Shown here: piece after piece, positions 1 through 12,542 of the stretch | Layout of the letters: each line of letters starts with the position of its first letter | How positions within the stretch are numbered: the first letter of the stretch is position 1 | Position numbers and translations under genes: made by a program | The notes under the pieces: model-generated | What the model was told of the DNA's origin: nothing | What the model saw: the letters and a program-made list of their open reading frames with translations, nothing else | Databases searched by the model: none | Origin: Ostrea edulis | Taxonomy: Eukaryota | NCBI RefSeq assembly: GCF_947568905.1 | Contig: NC_079164.1 | Location: 3,534,001 to 3,598,000, forward strand | Direction of reading: 5' to 3' | Length of the DNA stretch: 64,000 bases

Positions 1-84
1 ATCCACGTGAAGAGATCTCTATTTAGTCTGTTTATATCTGTCTGTAGATTGTAAAACGATTCTCCGTTTTGTTTCAACTTTCAG

Positions 85-278
85 ACGACAAATGCAGGCT
101 ACATTTAGTAGGGACAGAGACTGGGACCAATTCCACAAGCCCAGAAACCTGCTCCTGACCTTGGTGGGGGAGGTCGGCGAGTTGGCGGAAATCTTGTGAG
201 TAGGATACAATATTAACTATTTGTCTATATTTTACTACAGACGTTTGATGGATAGTAAATTATTAAAACAAAGTTTAA

Positions 279-325
<47 letters not shown>

Positions 326-969
326 CACTAATATATAGAACGAATACAGTTGTATATATCTGAACTATATGATCTGAGAACAATAGTGTGCCTACTGGGT
401 GACCAGGAAGCAAATCTCTGCCCCCTATCCTGGAAACTCCAAAGATTGAAAGATTTTACATAGAAAAATTGATAAACATGTATAATCTGCACATTTCCTT
501 CTTCAATTTTACTGGGCAGTATTAGTTCTGAGTATTAATTCTGAACTGGGCAGTATTAGGTCTGAGCTGGGCAGTATTCGGTCTGAGCTGGGCAGTATTA
601 GATCCAAACTGGACAGTATTAGGTCTGAGCTGGGCAGTATTAGTTCTGAGCTTGGCAATATTAGTTCTGAACTGGGCAGTATTAGTTCTTAGCTGGGTAG
701 TATTAGTTCTGAGCTGGGCAGTATTAGTTCTGAGTTGAACAGTATTAGTTCTGAGCTTGGCAGTTTTAGTTCTGAGTTGAACAGTATTAGTTCTGAGCTG
801 GGCAGTATTAGTTCTAAGCTGGGTAGTATTAGTTCTGAGCTGGGCAGTATTAGTTCTGAGCTGGGCAGTATTAGTTCTGAGCTGGGCAGTATTAATTCTG
901 AACCAAGCTTATTGTTTGTATCCATTAAATGTTTGGGTGTATAATTGTTCACAGATACACACACACAGG

Positions 970-1019
<50 letters not shown>

Positions 1020-1129
1020 CAGAGAGTCAGGCAGAGAGAGAGAAAGAGAGTGACAGAAAGAGAGAGACAGAGAATCAGAGAGTCAGACAGAGAGTCAGAC
1101 AGAGAGAGAGAGAGACAGAGAGAGAGAAT

Positions 1130-1162
<33 letters not shown>

Positions 1163-2181
1163 GATAAAATACATATAACCTTGTTAATGAAGGTAATGCT
1201 GTTGTATCACAGGAGTCTCTTATGAAAATGATGATTTAATTGATGTTTGAAATGTACGTCATTTTCTTCTTTAAAGATTTTCTATAATGCCTCATACAAA
1301 CATTTGAAAGGATATTTTCAAATCATAAGTCATATTGATAGAGCATCTAAAACTATTCAAATCACAAGTCATATTGATAGAGCATCTAAAACTATTGAAA
1401 AAATATTTGTACTTTTCTCTGGTTACTGTAATCAATTACAGAGGAAATGTTGATGTATGATTTAGTTCTGCCCCTAGAATCAAGTATTCCTGAACATATG
1501 ATACAATACCACCCAACTGTACATGCCATTTTGTGTTACTGCACCTGAAACTGTCTGGGGGAACATTCAACGTTTAAAATTGTCTCAATTTCAGTCGGTG
1601 GAAAGATAAAGTAAAGTTTGGACTGCCAGGTGAGAAGTTTTAGAAAATTCTATTTTTAATGGTTTAACCATTTTGATATATACACTGTATACATTTTTAC
1701 CCTTGTGTCATTTTCACCCAGATGCAATAAGAAATAATAAGAAATTTCCTACTTTTTAAATTTGCAAAAGTCCTTTGTTTGCCACTTTATTGTAATGAGT
1801 AACATATAGTTTTTGCAGTTGTAAATGTGTAGGAAAAAGACAAAATAGACGACAATTTCCCTGTATACAGCAGCATGCAAGACCTTCATGTTTTATTTTT
1901 ATACAATTTGTGCCATAACAGACTTCACTGATAAAGAGAGGGAACATGTTGGTCAGGAAATGAGCGACATCTTGCTCAACCTGGTCAGGTTAGCAGACAA
2001 ATGTCAGATCGACCTACCGTCAGCGGTCCTAAAGAAGATCGACCACAATGGACTCAAGTATCCTGCCCACAAGGTTAAAGGCAAAATCAAGAAGTATACA
2101 GACTATGAAACAGAGGGTAGTGAGGAACATATTGCACTCAAAGATGGCAATGAAGAAAAGAATGGATTAGAATTATCCTGA
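85..2181 (+). CDS. DCTPP1: dCTP pyrophosphatase 1, paralog A (5'-partial). Exons 85-195, 1595-1629, 1922-2181
   Basis: GT-AG exons join in frame: RQMQATFSRDRDWDQFHKPRNLLLTLVGEVGELAEIF/RWKDKVKFGLP/DFTDKEREHVGQEMSDILLNLVRLADKCQIDLP...KYPAHKVKG. MazG-like ExxE and EMSD motifs are present. The first coding exon lies upstream of position 1. Confidence 0.9.
545..905. repeat. 21-bp minisatellite (GCAGTATTAGTTCTGAGCTGG)n
   Basis: About 17 tandem units in a DCTPP1-A intron. Confidence 0.95.
973..1162. repeat. (GA)n / (GACA)n compound microsatellite
   Basis: Read directly from the sequence. Confidence 0.95.
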
Positions 2182-2445
2182 CCAGGAAAGTTCTGTCAGT
2201 TGTGAGAAAATGGACACAAAATGCCTTTACAAGGCAGAATTACACCAAAGCATTTGCTGCACATGTATTTCCTAATGTTTGTGATGTGCATGTATGTAAA
2301 GCATAACAACAATTAGGGATTACTTATTCAGTAATCTGTTTGCCCATCTATCACTCCTTAGAACATTACATGTGTAAGAGATAGGACTTTGATATATACC
2401 CTGATTGTGTATTCCTTAATATTTACACCCTGACTGTATTCTTTG

Positions 2446-2595
2446 TGTGGCGGTCAGATGGGTTCGATCACCAATAGTTAGATAGCTCAGTTGGAAGAGC
2501 ACCTGGCTAGAGATTCAGGGGGCCTGTGTTCAAATCCTGGTCGGGTCCGTTGCATTAATTTCTTTCCTGTTACATTTGGTGCCGTGACCAGGATT
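2446..2595 (+). mobile_element. Truncated copy of the same TRIM: one LTR plus primer-binding site
   Basis: LTR 2446-2574 is homologous to 7049-7179. It is followed by TGGTGCCGTGACCAGGATT (2577-2595), complementary to the tRNA-His 3' end. Confidence 0.8.
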
Positions 2596-3088
2596 GTCCT
2601 TGACTGGGTATTCTTTGATATTTATTTTGATTGTTTATTCCTTAATATTTACCTTCATAGTATATTCCTTTGATGATTAATGGGGATTACTTGTCACAAA
2701 CGTATATTATATCAAGTTATCAGAACCGTGTGAGTAATCTACTAATGCATTTTCTATGAACTACATATAGCTCTTTTCCTAATTTTCTTTAAACAATCGG
2801 GGCACATTTCAAGTGAAGATCATCTAGTTCTGTATTTGGGTTAAGATCTGGTGGTGACGTCAAGGAAAAACCTGAAAATGAAAGTTAGACTTAGGGAATC
2901 TTCTACTGTAGAACAGACATGCACCAAGATAATGTACAATACTCAACAAATAAATATCATTTTTGAAAATACATGAGGGTATGATCTCCAATGTTTTATT
3001 AATGCGCGCATCACATTCAATTCTTTATCTGAATCGTTGCTCTCTGTAAAAGAATTGATGCGCGTATTAATTCCTTATACAAAAGTCA

Positions 3089-3353
3089 GGTTGGTTGCTT
3101 GCATATCATTTAACGTCTCACTCAAGAATTTTTCACGCATTTGGAGACGTCACCATTTCCGGTGAAGGACTGCAAAATTTAAGACTATGTTCGGCGCTTG
3201 CGGCCTTTGAGCAGGGAGGGATCTTTATCGTGTCACATCTGCTGGGACACGGGGCCTCGTTTTTACGGTATCATTCAAAAGACCGCCCATCTAGTCGCCT
3301 CTTACGACAAGTAAGGGGTACTAATTACCCATTATAACCCGGATCCCCACGGG
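3089..3353 (-). mobile_element. Interspersed SINE-like repeat, copy 1
   Basis: About 260 bp, homologous to 8276-8537 and 16683-16950. On - the head is CCCGTGGGGATCCGGGTTA and the tail is a simple repeat. Confidence 0.75.
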
Positions 3354-4411
3354 ATTGTTGTAAATAGTTTTAGGGTATCTTCATCTGGATTAAAGAGATC
3401 ATTCCGAGCTCAGAATTAAATTTTGCAGGCAATAATTCCACCACATTGATGCACACACCAATTTATTTCATGAGAGCAATATTTGAATTGATGCGTACAT
3501 CCATGCAATCGATGAAAGCAATAGTTGATTAATTAATGCGCGCATCAATTCAATGATTAAATGCGATATTTCAATTGACTCGGGCAGCAAATCAATTATT
3601 GCCATCAGTAATTCAATTGATGCGGCCATCAATTTAATTAATGAGAGCAGTTATTGGTTTGATGAGCGCATGGATTGAATTATTGCGCGCAATAATTGAA
3701 TTTATGAATTCTTCAAATAATATCTTGAATGATTTGCGTTTATGTCAATTTGGCGCTCCGTGTCTTTGTGTCTCCAACTACCACTCTACAACTAGGTCAC
3801 CTGCGTAACTCGAAGCAACAAATATAGTTTATTCTATAAGCAAATAGTTCTATTAGCACTTGCCAGATAATTATATATTCATGATGTCCTTTTTTCGACT
3901 TCATTTATGTGTTTGAAAATTTAGCATGAGAATATTACTATTCCATTCCCAATTCGTGCCATTTTATAACAGTCGACAGCATTTTTGGCCGGGGTGCAAA
4001 CGGCTTATAGAATGGCGGGCGGGCATACCTGTTATAGGGTACCTACTTTGTGTAATCAACTCCTCTCACACCTCTAACTTGACATTCCTCAAACTTTGTA
4101 CAGCTGTTATGGACACATTGAAGATGTGCACCTGTCGTTCCGAAAGGGATCAGAAATTTTTCAAAACAGTCGATCTTTTCGACAAGTCGACATAATCTTC
4201 CGACCAGTCGACATAATCTTCCGACCATTCGACATAATCTTCTGACAAGTCGACATAATCTTCTGACAAGTCTAGCTACGTTACTTTCTAGCAAGCCTTA
4301 TACATTCCCCCAAAAATGTTACTGGTGTATGGAGATTCAGTGGGATTATTAATGAAAAGAATGAGTAGGACTATAAACTTATTGGGTAAGTGGTATGTAT
4401 GTATGCGCGTG

Positions 4412-4467
<56 letters not shown>

Positions 4468-5340
4468 AGTCAAACTTTGAGTATAATCTCGGACTTAATT
4501 GAAGTCCAAGTTTCGACTTAAAATTTTCCAAGAAACCAATGCATATATAAACCCATGCATATATATTCTCAGTACACCAACATTTTATCTAATAGCTCGT
4601 TAAAACACCTTTTCTGAAGTATGATTCTTCTATCATGTTTTCTCGAAGATTTTATCCGTAGATTTAAAAAAAATGATGTTTTCAATTTTCATAAATATTT
4701 TTTTTTCTATAAAAGTAGACCGAGTATACCGTAATCTGAGTCGTTTGGGCGTGTTTTGTTAGATATTCATATCATGCACCAAATCACAGCGGAAATTGGA
4801 TTCTAGAATATCTTATTTACTAACAATACACCTTTTTTTATCATTCCGGAAAATTCACACAAAAATAAAATAATTAAGAGCCTGTATTACTTTTTCGATG
4901 GTGAAATCATGCTTCGTACGAGCTGTTTAAACGAACCATTAATTAAAATTTTAGTGTAATGGGCCACCTTACATGTAATTACATTGTGTGATATATATGA
5001 TTCAATATACATAGGATCACACCATATATTAAATCTAATAAGTAAATTAATGATTTTACATGATTAAATGGAAAGGTTACAATTTGTACCATGAAAATTA
5101 GAGGACCAAAATTAAATCACCATCTTGAACAGAAAATTGGCTCAAAAATTTAGTTTCTGTTGTACGCAAGATGTTTAGCATAACCTTGACCTTTCATTTA
5201 TAACCTTGAAAATCATATTATACGGGTCATATTTTTCCTCTGTTGTTAATCTGCATCGGGATCGGTATCCGTAATGCAAACACGTGTTTCTACTTTCCCT
5301 TTCATTCCTCTACTAACTCGCAATACTGTACAGGCCAACA

Positions 5341-5454
5341 ATGACAAGCGCGAACGTAAATGAAGCAAAGAGGCAGAAACTGCAAGAATCAGCTTTCGTA
5401 GAAAATTCTGCTGAAAGTGACTTTAAATTCAGCTCGGAACCAACTCTTGAGAAA

Positions 5455-5500
<46 letters not shown>

Positions 5501-7729
5501 ATCTAATCAATCACGTGTTTCATAATATCTGTTTACCAGTTTCTCTGAACAGCTTAACAGCTGTTTAACTTTAACTTAATAACGACTATCTCATTTTGTT
5601 TCAGACGACAAATTCAGGCTGCGTTTTGTAGGGAAAGAGACTGGGACCAATTCCACAAACCCAGAAACCTACTCCTTGCCCTGGTGGGGGAGGTCGGCGA
5701 GTTGGCGGAAATCTTGTGAGTGGGAGACTGGTGACGCGTTATTTATGGACGATTCATCATTTAAATGAGCTAAAAATGTAAATTTTCATATTTGAACGGA
5801 AAAGTTGGATACTATTAGCATTAAGTTCAGACACACACAGTTCATCAGTTAAAGTTGGGTCATTATTTTTCCGTTACTATTTATTTGGGTTGAACTTTTT
5901 ATTTTATTGTTTTAGTTTCTTGTAGAATTTACAGATAATTGTTTGACAAAATGTACATCACTGTCTTGTAAAATCACCATACATGTTGTGGTTTTAAATA
6001 CATGACCCAGATTTAGAAGTCAATTTCGGCCAATTTCTTGTTCAATCCCAAATTAATTAAGGAACATTAAACAAGTTTATTCACTGTGTTTTCAAATTAA
6101 TGATTCTTCAATTTAAGTGGTTATATATATTGTATATAGTGTATAATCCCATCCAATGATATACTGTATATGTACTTAGCTATAAGCGGGATTCAAATTT
6201 TAGCAGCTTTGACGGTGAAGCAAGGGCGCTAATATAAAGTTGCTCTAACATACATGTATGAAATTCCCTATTTGTCCATCACCATACATAGAAGAAGCAC
6301 TAAATCATGAACACACCAAATAGATCATCAGCTCCCACTGTGCTGAATTTTAAATAAGTGCATGTGTGGTAACAATTTGGTAACTGGTCGAGCTGTTGCT
6401 GCAGGCATTCGAATTTCACGAACACATTTCATCTTCTTTCAGTCAGTGGAAAGGTGAAGTCGATGTTGGACTGCCAGGTAATAATTTTCTTGCATTTCAT
6501 TTTTACATATAACTGCCCTGTAATCAGAGATTTGGGGGCATGTCTGTCTGCAAAAACTTGAACCTGGCCATAACTTTTGAAAGCTTAGTGATACTGGGCT
6601 TTCATATTTCACATGTGTAGTCCTTGTGACAAGACCTTTCTTTTGGTAGCAAAACGTTTGACCTAATGAGTTTGACCTATTTTTGAACAACTTTTACTGC
6701 CCATAACTTTTGAAAGCTTGGTGATATACTCCTTTTGACAAGACCTTTCTTTTGGTACATGTACCAGAATTACTTTACTGCCATACAGGGGCACCATTGT
6801 TTCACCAACCCATCTTCATTTTTCTTTTCCTATACAGATGAAGTATAAATTGTACTCTGTTGTCTTTGTATACTGTAAATGTACTTCACTTGTATTAAAT
6901 TAGCTGTATTCATATTGTAGAGCTTTTTATGAAGAAGCAGGAGTGCTAATTTATGGTTGGGTTTAGATAATTAAAATTTATATTCATCCGTTATCAAACA
7001 CACAGAAAGTGCTGAATGAAGGTTTTGAACACGACTTACACATGCAGTTGTAGCGGTCAGCCGGGTTCGATCACCGGTGGCCAGATAGCTCAGTCGGTAG
7101 AGCACCTGACTATAGAGATTCAGGAGGCCCAGGTTCAAATCCAAGTCTGGTCCATTGCATTTTCTCCCTTTCTGTTACATGTATGTAGTGTCATAGACCA
7201 GTCCCTGGAACTGACAGGTGAAAATGCCAGCCAGGGGATTAAGATCCTGGGTTGATGTCTTCAAGGTGTGAAGAAATTCAAGGAGGAAGGAATGTAGCGG
7301 TCAGCTGGGTTCACTCATCGGTGGCCAGATAGCTAAGTTGCTAGAGCACCTGACTAGAGATTCAGGGTGTCTGGGTTTGAATCCCGGTCCGGTCCATTGT
7401 ATTTTGTCCCTTTCTGTTACACAGTATAGAATTAACCAAGTGAAGCATTGTTTTATTTACATTTTATAGACTTCAGTGACAAAGAAAAGGAACATGTTGG
7501 TCAGGAAATGAGCGACATCTTAATCTACCTGGTCAGGTTAGCAGATAAATGTCAGATCGACCTACCGTCAGCTGTCCTAAAGAAGATCGACCACAATGGA
7601 CTCAAGTATCCTGCCCATAAGGTCAAAGGAAAAAACAAGAAATATACAGACTACGAGGCAGAAAGCAGTGAAGAACAGATTGTACTACAAGATGGCAGCA
7701 AAGGTGAAAATGGACCAGTGCTTTCCTGA
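5341..7729 (+). CDS. DCTPP1: dCTP pyrophosphatase 1, paralog B (complete, 173 aa). Exons 5341-5456, 5605-5715, 6443-6477, 7470-7729
   Basis: MTSANVNEAKRQKLQ...FKFSSEPTLEKI/RQIQAAFCRERDWDQFHKPRNLLLALVGEVGELAEIF/QWKGEVDVGLP/DFSDKEKEHVGQEMSDILIYLVRLAD... Exon lengths sum to 522 nt with consistent phases. Confidence 0.95.
7049..7421 (+). mobile_element. Complete TRIM (non-autonomous LTR retroelement) with tRNA-derived LTRs, Helenus/TRIMp3-like
   Basis: LTRs at 7049-7179 and 7293-7421 (TGTA...TACA), each with a tRNA cloverleaf and A/B boxes. PPT AAGGAGGAAGGAA at 7280-7292. 4-bp TSD CAGT at 7045-7048 and 7422-7425. Confidence 0.9.
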
Positions 7730-8275
7730 CCAATCACAGAGAGTGCAATACTACGGGTAGTGAAGACGAAAGCGGACCCAAACTTACAGGAACAGAATAT
7801 GTGAAACCATTTTAAATTTGATTTTATCCATGGTTTTTTAAAGTTAACTACTTGTTTTCCTGATTACCTGTTCATCTGTCACACCCTAGAACATTTTTAT
7901 AAACTGTATGAGGTAAGACTTGTGATGCTGTGAAGATCAGTCATTTAACGTCAATATTAATAGCTGATATATCATTATCAGTGAGGTAATTGCTTGTGTT
8001 CCTTTAAAAACTCTAGTTTGCAGTCGTATTGAATATGGTTTTAGGACATTTTCTTACTTTCAGCTTGACAAGAAAATAGTTGCTCATCTATAAAATATTA
8101 AATCTGAAATTTACATTTCAAATGTTTTTGCCTTCAAAATCTTAAATTTCCAATTGAAGTGATAGCCATTTCCTCATGAAAGTGTGTCTGAATCTAGATA
8201 AATATAATACAACTGTTTAATGGCTAGGAATAGTTCGAAAAAAATGAAAGTAAATTGTAAAAATAAATTTCATTT

Positions 8276-8537
8276 TTGATTGATTGATTGAATATTGTTT
8301 AACGTCCCCCTCGAGAATATTTCACTCATATGGAGACGTCACCACTGCCGGTGAAGGGCTGCAAAATTTAGGCCTATGCTCGGCGCTTAATGCCTTTGAG
8401 CAGGGAGGGATCTTTATCGTGCCACACCTGCTGTGACACGGGACCTCGGTTTTTACGATCTCATCCGAAGGTCTGCCCCATTTAGTCGCCTCTTACGACA
8501 AGCAAGGGGTTACTAAGGACCTTTTCTAACCCGGATC
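8276..8537 (-). mobile_element. Interspersed SINE-like repeat, copy 2
   Basis: Same family as 3089-3353. (TTGA)n tail on +; the head end is locally duplicated at 8516-8591. Confidence 0.75.
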
Positions 8538-10011
8538 CATGTACATGTAGATAAGGACCTTTTCTAACCCGGATCCATGTACATGTAGATAAGGGTATAA
8601 ACAGCAACATGTCACACCAGCATATTATTCATGAAGCGACAACGAGCTGCATGTAGTACATGTTCATGAATGCTGCTGTAAAGAATCGCAGTTCATACCC
8701 TCAACAATGAAATTTATTTCTTAAATATATACCATTATTATGTAACTGCTTGTGTTCCTTTGTAAACTCTAGTTTGCAGCTGATGTTTTGTATTGAATAT
8801 GTTTTTAAGTCATTTTTTTTTTCACTTCCAGCTCCACAATAAAATTGTTGTGCATCCACCAAAGATTAATTTTGATGTTAAAGTTATGTGCATGAATTTG
8901 CACATTCCTGAATTTGTGGCAGTTTTGTCAGTTTAAAACAAAGCATTGTTTTTCTTCATTGTTTATTGTTTCCAGCGTATAAAAATATACACGTTAAAGT
9001 TCTATGTGTGTTATTTGTACATGTGTATAAATCTACACAAGACCATCATATTCCAAAGTGCATATCATAAAATATTTTTACACAAAATACAGACAAACCT
9101 CGTTAACTCAATGGGACCAAGAAAAAACTTCAAAGATATTCGACATATCGAGGGTATAATACTTCAGAAATAAGTGGATTTGAGTTCTGAATCACTTTGA
9201 CATATCCATGGTATTCGGGGTATCAGTGTCTGAGATAGGGAGGTTCAACTGTACATTCTATTTGTTTTGAATAACTCTACAAACTGCAACAAGTATTATT
9301 AGATGTATTCAATTTCATAATGAAGCTGCTAGTTATTGTGAACAAATGTTATTGAAAATGCTGACATAAAGAACATGAAAATCAGATGGCTTATTAAAGG
9401 TGACATTTAGATAAGACAGATTTGGTAAATCTACGTGTGTACAATGACGTGTATGTGATGGCGTGTGTGTGTATTGCACTTCTCCACGAACTGATTAAAC
9501 AGGATACAACTAAGAAATGGGGCTGTACTTGTACAATATTATTACAATGTACTTGTACTAATACAATATCATTACAATGTACTCATACAATATCATTACA
9601 ATGTACTCATACAATTTTGTACTTGTACTAATACAACACAGTTAAGACTGATATAGGAAAGTCTAATTAATCTATGAAACAGATGTCAACATAGGTAAGG
9701 CTGATTAAGGTTTGAATATTCTGGGACGCCTTTGTCAGGTTCTATGTCAGACTTGTGCAGTTAAAACTGAAGCATTTTCAAGTCAATTTGAAATGCAAGG
9801 ATTAAAATATTGAGATTTTATTTTTCCTTTAAGAAATTGCTAAGTCACAAATTTAGAAATACTTTAAATATGTAGCTTTAATGCCAATGAATGATTAATA
9901 TTCAAATACATAACAATTTAATATTACACAATATTGCATAGGGATGGAACATTGGAAGTTTTCTTTGGATGTCATATCAAAACAAGATTTTCTGAAAAGT
10001 ATGAAACTTAA

Positions 10012-10338
10012 ATTACAAGTAAACGTAAAGTATGAAACTTACAAGTAAACGTAAAGTATAAAACTTACAAGTAAACGTAAAGTATGAAACTTACAAGTAA
10101 ACGTAAAGTATGAAACTTACAAGTAAACGTAAAGTATGAAAGTTACAAGTAAACGTAAAGTATGAAACTTACAAGTAAACGTAAAGTATGAAACTTACAA
10201 GTAAACGTAAAGTATAAAACTTACAAGTAAACGTAAAGTATGAAACTTACAAGTAAACGTAAAGTATGAAACTTACAAGTGAACGTAAAGTATGAAACTT
10301 ACAAGTGAACGTAAAGTATAAAACTTACAAGTGAACCT
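10012..10338. repeat. 26-bp minisatellite (AAGTAAACGTAAAGTATGAAACTTAC)n
   Basis: About 12 units. Confidence 0.95.
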
Positions 10339-12542
10339 AAATATATTTCGGTGAAAATTATTAAGAAATTGTTTGTATGGAACAATGTAAATGAGCCTGA
10401 GAAAGATAATGTTGGAGGACTAAAGATGGAGGAGTGTAAACTTGTGAACACAAAGATAAAATATATTGCATGAAAATGAAAGTAAACTTTGTACAATGTG
10501 TATACTATTTGTTGTGAAAATGAAAGTAAACTTTGTACAATGTGTATACTATTTGTTGTGAAAATGAAAGTAAATGTTGTACAATGTGTATACCATTTGT
10601 TGTCAAAAGAAAAGCTCAGTAACCCTCACAAAAGATTTTTTTTTAAGATTGCAAGTTTGTCATGAAAATCTGCTGCAACAGTTCAGTAAATGAAGAGCTC
10701 ATAAAGACCGAACTATAAATAGAGAATGTAAAACAACATTACAATAAACTAGACGTATCCGACATGAGTCTGCCAGCAGCCAGTACTCGTCTGAGTCACC
10801 TCGCTCAGACTGGGATAAAGACGGTTTAATTTAGCTAGGGCATCAATAGTAAAAAATTTAAAACCTGTTCGTGGCTGTGCTTTTTTAGTTTCATGCATTA
10901 AAGAAATTTACATTTTTACGTTTATCAAAATAATCGTACACTTTGCTTGTTGAATAGATGCTTTTCTGAAATTCTTAATTCCTTAAAGAAAGTGAACTTT
11001 TAACCTCTATTGCGACCCAGGCAGTCTCCGTTTGATCAAACTTGAGTTCATGCATGAAAATTCTTGCATATCAGTTTGATATATTGTACCACGTATTCAA
11101 TTAAAAAGTTTTCCTATATATATACTTCAAACTTCTTTTGAAGTTCTGCATTGGCCCTGAGGGTGATAGACAAATGTGAATCTACACAACATGACAAAGC
11201 TTGCATATTAATTTCATCAACTTTGTTTCTTAGTCAAGATTGAACATACATGTTTTTGTATATAAGGAAGCTTCCGTATAAAATTCTGATGATTTTCTGA
11301 ATACCCATCCTACACTCATTGGTGGTTTCCTAATTATCTCCCCTTGAAAGGAGACACAGTCCTTCATTTGAAGAAACTTAAACCCCCTTTAATCAAGGAC
11401 ACTGTGTCATGTTTGGTTGAAACTAGCCGTGGTTCGTGAAAAGTAAAGTTGAAAATTCAACAACACCTCAACAATTAATTGGACATTTTTTTAAATAAAA
11501 AATTAACCTTAAAAAAGTTTGGATAAGAATTATTTGGCAATGGATGGATGAAAAGAGACAATTTTATGGACATTTGATGGGGAAGCATAAAATGGTGATA
11601 CAGATCAACATGGCGTCTGGCATGCTGACAGAAATACACAAGTGAATTTGAATACATAAAATTTGTAAACAACTGAAAGTATTGAAAGATAATGTCAATC
11701 TGTACTGATATTGATACAAAAATTACACCAAGTGCCAACATCGTGGGTTGAAGTGACACTTTGCTGTGTACATGCGTACACAGTATAGCAGGACCGTGTA
11801 AACTTCAACACTGATAAAACAAAAACTAAATTCACTAATAAATATACATAACTGGCCCCAATTGTGACCATAATCATAAACTACATTGTACTTAGGTAAC
11901 AGACATGTTTGAATAAATTTAATACATAGGTGTGATGCACAAAGCTAATGATAATTCTCGGACTTACTGTGTACATGTATGACATCATAACAAATGACAT
12001 TTTCCACCATTTCCTTTCAACAAGCCAATGCTAGCTATTTTCTAATGCTACTTAACAAATTTTGTGCCATGTATGTAGACCATGATGTGTTTGAGATATG
12101 GTCATCTTTACATCATAGCTTTGTAAATATCAGCAAGTAGTTTGATTAATGCATGGTGCATGCGATTTTAGGCATAAAACTGCCTGAAAAGTTGACAATT
12201 TTCCAGTTAAAAAAAAATCCCAAACTTTGAGACATCATATTAATTTAAAGAATCAGTTTCAGGAACTTCAAAAAATATATTTTTATTTTTGTTTATGATT
12301 TTTTCAATGTAGAAATACCTGAATTTAAAGGAAATAGAAAAATGACTTTAATTTCTGGGCCAGAAATGTATTTCTGGTTCTTTCATGTTTCAATCACTTA
12401 TACAGTTTGATTTAAAATTTTAAGAAAAACAACTATGCTAGCTGTATTAAAATATTTCATGACGTAAACTAGAACTGTCCTGACTAATACCCCCAGCAGG
12501 ACACATTGGATGATGGGAAATGATGAATTTGTGCTCAATGAA

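Noticed and set aside
689-1225. ORFs of 69-161 aa (SELILPS and ER repeats)
   Set aside because: Products of the 21-bp minisatellite and the (GA)n tract.
7079-7153. tRNA gene candidates at 2480-2545, 7079-7153 and 7323-7395
   Set aside because: They lie inside LTRs with PBS, PPT and TSD, and have irregular anticodon loops.
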